This document shows, in pieces, positions 53,138 to 64,000 of a stretch of DNA of 64,000 nucleotides. Both the position numbers and the translations under genes were made by a program. The notes under the pieces were generated by a model, which had not been told where the DNA came from, searched no databases, and saw only the letters and a list, made by a program, of their open reading frames with translations. Numbering within the stretch: the first letter of the stretch is position 1; each line of letters opens with the position of its first letter. The DNA is from the human T2T-CHM13v2.0 reference genome, Homo sapiens: assembly GCF_009914755.1 (NCBI RefSeq), contig NC_060926.1. The stretch is one strand, 5' to 3'.

Positions 53138-53359
53138 CATGGGAAGGGAGGGACAAAGGAGAAGTAGCAGGGGGTGGGGAATTATCTTGCCCCTTCCATG
53201 CAGTCATCCAAGGAAGAGTTCTGGCGTAACGATTTTAAATTCTGCATGAGGGACCTGGTGAGTCATCCCCAGCCACCCTTGGGGATTTCTCATCAGGTTT
53301 ACTGTGTTGTCAATTAGGTGCCCAACCTCAAATTCATAACAAACTCCTTGTCTCTTCAG
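53138..53359 (+). repeat. Copy 2 of the ~220-bp local direct duplication
   Basis: Same sequence as 51997-52216, offset 1141 bp. Confidence 0.95.
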
Positions 53360-55977
53360 TGAATTCAGAAGATACGTGAAGCACTGAAGGAATTTTTCTT
53401 TGTGTACAAGTTCCTTAAATTACTTCCCTTTCCTAGAACACTGCATTATGTTAGGAGCACAATTTGCCAAGTCAGCATGTCATGAAAAATGATCAGAACC
53501 CTTTCTTATACATTAAGTCTACAATATATCGGAGAAATAAGTCAGTTGCTTCACAAAATAGGTTAAAGCTGCTGTGAAGAGGTAGGGAAGAAACAGAGCT
53601 TGAATGTCTCTCTAAGTAATGAATTATTCATGGCACTTGACCCCCTTCTTCTTTCCTAGCCATATGATTGCATTTATTTCAAATTGTGTCTCCCCCATCC
53701 CATTAAAAAATTTAAGTAGATGTTAAATTCCCTACTCTCAGTAGCAGTCACATGGCATTTTCCTGAAGCACTGTTATAATGGAATTGTTTGGTAATCATT
53801 CCTTTCCTTGTCACGTTTCTCCACTCAAGAGTGAGTTCCAGCAGGGCTAGGACCACATCTCATTCTCCCTTTATGTGCTCAGTCCCTTGCACCTGGTGCT
53901 GGTGCCTCTTGCAGTTCATCTGTGTGATTTATTCTGCATCTTAATTTCGAATTCACCTTCATAAATGGCCCTCCCCAGACTGGTAGCTTGTTTACTTAAT
54001 TCAATCTAATATAGTATAACCCTTTTTACTGTTTTCTCCCCAAATCAAGGAAAAATATTCTGAATGCCAAAGTAATACTTATTTAACTTCTCTCTTCTCC
54101 TGAGCACACATACTCTACCTAATTCTCCTCCATTCTATTATTTTCTCACCCCACATGCTGTCCCTTACAGCTGTTGTCTGGGTTGAACTCTCTTTCAGGC
54201 ATAGTATGTAGGGGACTGGCCTTTGGGCAACCCATACCAGACATAACTGACTTGTGGCTTTTCTGACTCTTTCTCTCTCCCTTTTTTTAAAACTTGCTCT
54301 CTATCCATCCTTCAAAGGTTTGGGGAAGATGATGAAAGATTGCTTTATTCTGAAAATAACTACATACACAAGTAGGGTCATTGTTTATTTTTATCTTCTG
54401 GCCTGCTTTTTTTCCAGAAAGAAGTCAAATAAAGTGATGCTTGGTTGTGTGTTTACAATGCAAAGAGATAGATAAATATATATATATCAAATAGCTATAT
54501 TTACGTATGTAAAAAAAAAGATACAGTGATGCCGAGTTGTGCTTAATATGATCTACATCAGATAAGTATCACACCAGTGGCTTCCATGAGTTCATGGGGC
54601 TTCTTTTCGTAATTAAATGTGGAGATATTGTCACTTGCTTCCTGCTGCAAAACAATAAAAGGAATAAAATGGAATATGTTTATCACATAAATAAGGGCCT
54701 TAATGGTTTTGAGATTTCAGACAAAACAACTTCATTGCATTTACGTGAAAACCCAACAGTTTCATTGAAACTGTATTTTGCTGGCACTTTTTGTGCTTGT
54801 AGAGTCTTGGTACAACAAATAGGCCTTAAAACTCTCATGTTATCATTTAGAACTAGAATCAGGATACGCTTCTCTGGACCAGTATCTTGAGAACCTTGAA
54901 AAACAGCTAAGTGGATTTCCACATCACCTGAGAACAGATGGAGATTGTTTTCCCCTTAGTGAAGAGGAAAGAGAGTTAATTTTCCTTCATGTTAACACTG
55001 TTCCCAGTATGCAATGACAACTTGCTGCTCCTTATTGCTTCTACATCTGAAAACTTCTTGGCAGTACAAAGTAATGCACTTTTATTGGAGAAAAGGGAGA
55101 AAAATTTGACAGTAAGGTATGTCAGTTACTAGAGCCGTCATTTAACCAAATGCGTATCTTACAGTAGACGAGTATATAAAGTTAAGAGATAAGCAGCTCA
55201 ACTCCAGCACAGGAGGAAGACTGAATAGGTTTCTAGGGAGTTTTTCCAGTCGTAACAAAAGCCTCTGACAATTCTGGAAACATGATGATGGTAGAGGAGC
55301 AGGTAAAGGTTGACAAGGGTCTTGCCCAAGAATCTGGATTGCAATGGACACATGTGATAGTGATCACTTCCCATGCGTAACGTGGCTTATCGTCAGGAAA
55401 GTTTCTCAGGCCTTCTCTTGAACCCATTGGGGGAAAAATCAGATTGCCAATACTTTGCTTCAAAATGGAGGGGTCAGCAGTATCAAATACTGCAGGGCAG
55501 ATCAAGGCAAATGAAATTACCAGTCGCTGTGAAATTGTACATGTTCTCTTCTTCATCCATAAAATGGGAGAATTGGAATAAATCTCACTTGCTAAAAGTT
55601 TTAGAGCTAAAAGCTCTAAAAGTTTTATGATGTTATGCTTTGGCAATCATGAGGGGGTTGGTGACCTTCTAGTTCAAAAAAAATGTATAGAATTATCCAT
55701 GCAAGGGATTCTGGTATAGGAGGTGTGGGCGGTGAGCAAAAAGAGATAGTGGACGTAGACTACTTGTTTAAAAAGCCTGCAGTGTATAGAAGGAAAAAAA
55801 AATAAGCTGACCATCAGTTATTGGCTGGGAGATGCCCAGGAAAGACATGCCTTGGCTCACACCCTGGGGCAGATTCTGAGGGCACTGCTGCTGGAGGCTT
55901 TCAGCTAACTGTGCCCATCACAGCTGAGTGACAAAATGTCTTGCAGGGAGATCTGAGCGGCACATGTCCTTGGTATA

Positions 55978-56051
55978 ATTTATGCCACTATAAATAGGAC
56001 ACTAACACTGAACCATTTATGCCACTATAAATAGGAAGCTAACACTGAACC
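55978..56051. repeat. 2 x 37-bp tandem repeat, each with CTATAAATAG (MEF2 consensus / TATA-like)
   Basis: atttatgccactataaatagga(ca/ag)ctaacactgaacc at 55978-56014 and 56015-56051. Confidence 0.95.
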
Positions 56052-57130
56052 TGATGAACGAATCCATCAGGAACAAAAGACAGACAGACACGCACACACA
56101 CACATGCACACGCACACATCAGCATGGCTGTATTTGGCCATCTATCAGTAGTCAACGGTTAATCAGACTGTATATTGGGAACATACATGGCTTTGTTTTC
56201 TTACAGACTTAAATTTGAAGAACAGTGATGATGAACTCATTCTATATCACTTTGGTTTAAAAGTTGCTTAGCAATGGGACAAAAACAAAAGCAACTAGGT
56301 TTATATTTAGTGCTCTATCTATATGCATCTGGAGCACATTTCGGAAATAATTCAAAAAGGCCAATTCATTTCATGCCTTCTGCTACTAAATGAATGTGGG
56401 AGTCAAGCTGCTATTTTCACAGTGCAAGACATTTATTGTTGACTTAAAAAAACTCTCCCACTTGCACATAATCACTATCCTGACAAATGACACTATAGAG
56501 TTTCAGCTCCTTAAGCATAAGGTAGAACAATCTTTAAGAAATAAATATTAGGCCACAGGAGTTAAACATAAAGTATCATCCAAGCACAGATTCAAAGCAT
56601 TTAAACACATACATTATTCTCAAGTGGACCAGTTCTTCACTGAGTATGTGTTCTTTAGGTTTGCAAGACTAATCTTATGTCTCACCCCTCCTCAATTGAA
56701 CAGTATTGGCACTTTGATTATTCAGTCAGTGTAGGACTTTTTAACTCCGTGCCAGGCTCATTTGCAGCTATCAGTGCTGATACAACTTCATGCCATATAA
56801 TACTTTTAACAGACTACTTCCACACCCCTGCAAAAAAAAAAAAAGTTAATAAGCAACTGATCAATTAAGGTTAATGGTAGATTTAGGCCTATAAATTGTA
56901 CCCATCTTAGTCATTTCTGCTTCCTAAAAATTTATACAAGAACAGTTTTTTTCTGGGGTAAGAGGGTGTGATTGACACCCTAATTCTGTTTCTTCTGTTT
57001 AGATTGTGGAAATATAATCAGACCGTTTCAGGGCTCTATGAGTGTGATCCTTGGACATGAAACAGTTTCCGAGTACAGAGTATGAAGTGCTGGTGAGCTT
57101 TTGTCACCAACAGCACTTAAGAAGTATTTT

Positions 57131-57452
<322 letters not shown>

Positions 57453-57464
57453 AATATTTTTCTA

Positions 57465-57628
57465 GGCAGCTGAGTGGGGTGACTCACACCTGTAATCCCA
57501 GCACTTTGGGACACTGAGGCGAAAGGACTGCTTGAGGCCAGGAGTTTAAGACTAGCCTGGGTAATAATGCAAGACCCCATGACCCCATCTCTATGAAAAA
57601 CTGTAAAAATTAACCAGGCATGGTGGTG
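57465..57628 (+). mobile_element. Alu left arm, 3'-truncated
   Basis: ctcacacctgtaatcccagcactttggg...aattaaccaggcatggtggtg, then abrupt end. Confidence 0.88.
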
Positions 57629-57852
57629 TTTTGATTTGGTATTAATTTACTCTTAGTAAACTTGATAAAATCAGCACTCTTCTCATACTTTTGTTACCAT
57701 TACTGTAAGTAAGTGTAATAAGGCCTTCCTTGGTAAAGAGTTTTTGTGTATATTAAGTAAATATGCACATGAAAGTATCTCAAGGTTTAAAGCACTGTAT
57801 AGCACTGTGTCTATTTCATTTGAAAACGATAGTTGATACATGTACACAATGA

Positions 57853-58143
<291 letters not shown>

Positions 58144-60388
58144 GTAGGTGGGCCTTAGATAAGGGTACCTATGTAGAGGAGGATTCTTTGAGGGAAAAAG
58201 GCTTAAATTGAGAAACGTCTGACTGTTCAAATTAGAACAGGGAAAGTGAAGAATAATCCAGCTGCAACATTTAGTCAAAGAGAATCGTGTGATGGCTAGC
58301 ATTTTCCTTCCAGGTTTTCAGATGGAGCTGATGCATGTGTAAGGACAGCCCTGGCATGGCAGGCAGTGCACGACAGGCTTGCTGGCAGCATGTCACTCAT
58401 GCCTGCCCTTCCCCTTTACTCTCATGCTACCTCGCCCTCACAGAAGGTGATGAAATTCTCTTAGGCTCTCTCGCCTCTGGTCCCTGTCTGATAAATGTGT
58501 GGATCTGACTCTATTTTCGGTGGATTTGTCTAGAATTTGTGCTAAGGGGATCCGTTGGTGGCTGTACCATCTCTTTCTCTCCACCACTTTTTATCCGATC
58601 CTGTGAAGAGCTATTGCTTCCTGCTTCTGTCTACCTTGACCTCTTCCTGATAGCATGCCAGCCTCTTAAGAGGCACAAGCAATTGTGATAGAGGCCAGAC
58701 TGAGGACTAGGATGACAGCATCTTCCATTAGAGCTGTACTCACTACAGTTGTGTCTGTAATACATAAGAGGGTCTCAGGAAAAACACAATGAAAACCTTT
58801 CAAGACTGATTCAATTAAGTGCCTCCCAGGAGAGACTGAGCCACCAACAATGGAAAATTCAATATTGGCTCGCAGAAAGACGCTTAGTCACATAAATGTC
58901 CTTTTTCTCTAATGTGTAAGGAAAAAATTCTGCGGCGTCCTTTTGAAAATCTGACATTTGCTTTTTTAAAAAGTGCTACCTCTTTCAAATTCTTTAATAC
59001 CAGTATTCATGGGAAATTCATTAGGGGTGATGTGAAATTATAAAATGAAGGGCTGCAGTGTCTAAAACCTTTTGTTCTGATACACATTTGAAATCCTGCA
59101 TGAAATTACCCATGCTTATGACTCCAGGCAGGGACCAAAAAGAAGAGTGTCTGTTGAGCTTGAAATGCGAGTGTGGATGCCAAGGATTTTGCTCTGTGTC
59201 TTTTATGTGAATAAAGAAATATAATGTGCATCTTCTTTTCAAAAACTGAATTCAATATTAAGCAGCATTCAGGGAATGAGCAGTTTTCTTTTGTCCTAAA
59301 AGTGCCATTGTAATAGTTGAACATCATATGTACAGTTTATAAACAGCTTTTGAGCTATGTATTGGGAAATATTTAGTGACAGCCATTTCTGCAGCAGGTT
59401 CACGATGGCATCAACAGGTGAATGTGAACTATTGTTATTTTCTTTAGGTGTGATAATGGCATTATGGTGAGTGTTTTTTAAGAGTTTGAAATATGTATAG
59501 ATGAGATATCTGTACATATATATAGAGAGAGGTATAGATGCAAACACACTGACCATGAGTTGATTATTATTAAAGCTGCTGAAGAATGTGTATTGAATAG
59601 GTCAATTGTTATTCCATTTTCTATTTGTGGGTATATTTGAAATTTTCAATTATAAAGGTTACACACTTAAGTGAAATAGTTTTATTTTATATACAGGGTG
59701 AGAGACTCAAATTATGAGTTAGGATTCCCTCTGTGACAAATGAAGCTGGGCGTGGTAGTCCAGGCCTTGCTTTCTGCTTACAGCTATTAGCACAGGGCTT
59801 GTTACATGTGACCAACAGGAAGAGGTGTGAATCAGCTTGGCTCTGCAATTCAGTGTTGGTGGATGGTGTGAAGATTTTAAATGACAGATGGTGGTGATTA
59901 TTAAATGATAAATAATGGCAACTTACCAGGAACCAAACAGAAAATAGTCACTTTATGTTTCTGGTATGCATCTGAATTATTCTTGTTATATAATGACTTT
60001 TTTAACACTGTTGTAGATGAACAGTGCTTACGACTATGGAAGTTTGGAACTTCAGAGAATTTAAAACTCTATCATACTGTTACCTCTCATTCCTCTGATT
60101 AGAATTTACATAGATTAAGCAAGTAGTCTGTTGAGGGATAGACTTCTAAGTAAGCATAAAATGGAACATTATAACTTGGAGTTTGCATCACAGATTTTTT
60201 ATAAGTTGTTGGTCAAAGAAAATGTCATGATTTTTTAAAGTACCAAATGTAAATCGTAAAAAGCTTAGGCACAGGGCTAACCAACAGGGATACAAAATGA
60301 ATGTAGTACCCGTGCTCCAGAAGCTTGCAATCCAGTTCTAACATTGGGCAGCCAGCTGTAACCCACAGCAGACAGCCAGAAGTGGTAA

Positions 60389-60750
<362 letters not shown>

Positions 60751-61291
60751 ACAGTAGAAGTTTTGATGAATTCTGAGCCAGGCAGTGATGATGGTCTAAC
60801 TGAGAAAATGATATTTGAGCTGGGCCTTGAAGAATGAATAAATAGTAAATGGGAAGAAGGACATCCACCCTAAGCTGACACCATGAGCAAAAGCGGAGAG
60901 GGAAGAACAGGATACAATGCAGAACAAAATCTTACTCCGGGAATAGAGTCTAAGGTTGGTCATGTGGTAAAAATTGAGTATATTAAAAATTTCCATGAAA
61001 ATTCCTAAATTTACCATGTGTGCAACAAGATGATCTCACTAAGAAAGGTAAGCAAGGTCAGAACTGAGAAGAGCCAAGGGTGCAGAAGATTCATGTTCCC
61101 TATTTCAAGTGAGTTAAGAGGAGTGGCAGATGGAGTCTCCCGCGTTAAATTTATTTTTTATTTACTCTTGTTATTTTATGCTGTTATTTTATTCCATTTT
61201 ATTTTTTTGCTAAGCATAAATAGTGGAATCCTCAATTATGACATGATGCAACTGACTCCACTGCCTTCTGTGGTATGAAGAAGAAAGGAAC

Positions 61292-61541
61292 TTTTTTTTT
61301 TTTTGAGACAGAGTCTCGCTCTGTCACCCAGGCTGTAGTACAATGGCACCATCTCAGCTCACTGCACCTCTCCTGCCTCAGCCTCCCGAGTAGCTGGGAT
61401 TACAGGCGCACACCTAATTTTTGTATTTTTAGTAGAGATGGGGTTTCACCAGGTTGGCGAGGCTGGTCTCGAACTCCTGACCTCAGGTGACCCATCCGCC
61501 TCGGCCTTCCAAATTACAGGCATGAGTCACTGCGCCCAGCC
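61292..61541 (-). mobile_element. AluS, antisense, with several internal deletions
   Basis: Reverse Alu flanked by gaaaggaac on both sides. Confidence 0.92.
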
Positions 61542-61904
61542 TGGAAAGGAACATTTAAGGGGATGTTCCTTGAGCTCTCCAGGTCCAATTAGGAGCTGAT
61601 GTTGTAAAGTTCAGTATGGCAAAAAAAAGAGCAAGGGAAAAATTAGTGCTGAGTCTTTTCCAGAATTGATGCATATTTGGTGCATAATGAGAGAAAATTC
61701 CATGGATTTTTTCATTAGATACATGTTATTTAACAGCACTTCACACAAAGTTGTTACACAGCAGGTGAAAATATTCACCAAGCACAATATGAAGAAAAAA
61801 TAGAAAAGAAATGACTTTACTTTCTTAACTTTTTCTATATAAATACATGCTATGTATTATCTTCAGAGTTAGAAAATATTAAGGCCATTCTAATTATAGA
61901 AAAA

Positions 61905-62180
61905 TTCCATTTATCCTACAAATATTTGAAAACTCACTATTTGCCAAACACTACTAGGTAATTGAGACCAGGATGGGAAAGGCACACATTTCAGTCCTTG
62001 CCCTTATGAAGCTTTCTATCTAGGAGGGCAGAGACATGAATCACCTGGTTACAATGTGGTGAGCATTATGAAGACGTATCAACTGCTGTTAACATCCAAC
62101 CTTTTCTGAGGGTCAGGCAATGCTTCTTCCCTGATGAATGACTTTGGAGCTGCCGTCTGAAGAATGAGTCTGGGTTAACT
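61905..62180 (-). mobile_element. L2 3' region, antisense
   Basis: ttccatttatcctacaaatatttgaaaactcactatttgccaaacact...gtccttgcccttatgaagcttt. Confidence 0.65.
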
Positions 62181-62962
62181 CAGCGCCTGGGGCATCACAG
62201 ATCTACTGAGGAATTAAGAAAGGATTCTGAAATTGTTCACAGTAGTAGTCTAGTTTCTTTAAATACACATATTCTAGATTATCTGGATGACCACCTTCTG
62301 ACAAAATACTGCCACATGATTTCATTGCTCATGTTGTCATTTTGTTTATGATCACTTTAAAACAAGGTCTAAATGGGGACTGGAAGCCTATGGCAGTTAC
62401 TGCCTAAGTAGGAGTTGGTCATTATTTAGAGTAGAGTGGTGGTAGTGGTGGTAGACAGAAGTAAATGGCTTCCAGAGGAATTCAGGAGATGGACAGGGCA
62501 TGTAGCCACATTGGTTATGGAGGGGATGGGTAAAGGAGATAGAGGTAGAGAGAGTGATGCTGCAGTTTTGACTTAAGTAACTCAGTGAGGGCTGAAGCCA
62601 TGAACTGTGGTAAGGAGATGGTGGTTAACAACGTGGACTCTGGATAAACCCTGTATGCGTTCAAATTCTAGTTCTACCATTCTGTCTATATGACTGAATG
62701 AATTATCTACTCACTCTAACCTCTTACTGAGCTGCAAAATTGGGGGATAAAAGCAACAGTGTATCTCTGGAGCTATGATGATTAATAATAGCAGTGATAG
62801 TGGTGTTATTTTGAATAGGGTTTATGGGAAATATGAGTTTGATTTTGGAGTTGCCTCATAAATATCCAAGAGGAGGCACCAAGCAGGCAGTTATATGTAT
62901 GGATTTGGAGAATTTAAAAAAAAAAAAGAAAAAGACAAACTTAGCTAGAAAACCAGTTAGAG

Positions 62963-63155
62963 CAGGGGTGTCCAATCTTTTGGCTTCCCTGGGCCGCTTT
63001 GAAAGAAGAGTTGTCTTGGGCCACACAAAAAATACAATAACACTAACAATAGCTGATGAGCTTTAAAAAAAATCCCACAATGTTTTAAGAAAGTTTATGA
63101 ATTTGTGTTGGGCTGCATTCAAAGCAGCCCGTGGGCCACAGGTTGGACAAGCTCG
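62963..63155. mobile_element. MER30 hAT MITE
   Basis: caggggtgtccaatcttttggcttccctgggcc...ggttggacaagctcg; 8-bp TSD agttagag / aattagag. Confidence 0.9.
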
Positions 63156-64000
63156 AATTAGAGAATCATGAGCATGACGTTGACTGTGTGATGAAGCATG
63201 CTGGTAATGAGACCAGAGCTCATATATATATAATAAGTAAGGAAAATGTTTATTTCAGAGCTACAGGGCCTAGCTCAGGCAGGCATGCTGTAAAGATGTG
63301 TTGCTATTCACATGAAAAGACCATAAATGTTACTGTCCACATGTGGAGAGCAGTAACAGTAGCATTCTGAGTATTGATTCCTTGGTGCAGGAGGCATGGA
63401 AATAACAGAAGTTCCAGGGTTATGCAGGTGGCATCTGAAAACATCAGTTTCAGTATAGTATTCATTTCAAAAAATGAGCATGTCGCTGGCAGCTCCATGG
63501 TCATTGAGGTCCCGCCCAACTTCAGTCAGAGTATTCAGGGGAAAAGATTTGAGCTTTGACGTGACTATTGTTTGTCTTACTCTGCAGAGAGAAAACAATC
63601 ACAGTGAATGATAAAAATACATTGTGTTAACATTTCATTGGTGTTGCAGTTTGCTTCAGTTCTGCATGTTATGTTGTTCACTTTAAATGGCTTCTAAAGT
63701 CACTTTGTATTAGTCTCAATGTGATGTTTCATCCCCTTTTTTGCCTTTCTAATAACTTTATTTTCAGGAGCCTGATGTTCTTATTCTTTTTTCTGTTGCA
63801 TGTCTAAAGTTTTTGCTAAAACTAAAGTCTTGGCAGTAAACAGGCCAAATACAATTATCATGGAACAGTTTACTCAAAAGTTATGCGTATGGGTATAAAT
63901 ATTGCAAGAGAAATGTGAGGAATAGCCCTGTTTGGTCTATGCTTGTCAATTGGTATGGCCACGAGGGACACTCTGGGCTGCTGAAGTGAGCTCTGCTGGC

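Overview
Primate (almost certainly human) genomic DNA from the middle of the ceramide synthase 6 gene (CERS6/LASS6), + strand. Four coding exons (51, 93, 129, 107 nt; by recall exons 5-8) have GT-AG boundaries and splice into a continuous TLC/Lag1p-domain frame containing the catalytic His-His pair. The rest is intron, rich in Alu, L1, L2, MIR, MaLR LTRs, DNA-transposon relics and one full-length antisense LTR12C. Apart from the ORFs overlapping the 93- and 129-nt exons, the ORF track shows no credible genes. I see no wholly new biological system. The best leads are local rearrangements that could regulate CERS6 splicing or expression: (1) a ~220-bp, ~94%-identical direct duplication in the last intron, each copy holding a 54-nt candidate poison exon; (2) an ~87%-identical inverted LTR-fragment copy just upstream of the weakly defined catalytic exon; (3) a perfect 36-bp inverted repeat at an Alu/L1 junction; (4) a tandem-duplicated MEF2-consensus site; (5) the intact antisense LTR12C promoter. 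Repeat subfamily names come from recognising the sequence by eye, not from a database search, and repeat boundaries without a TSD are approximate.
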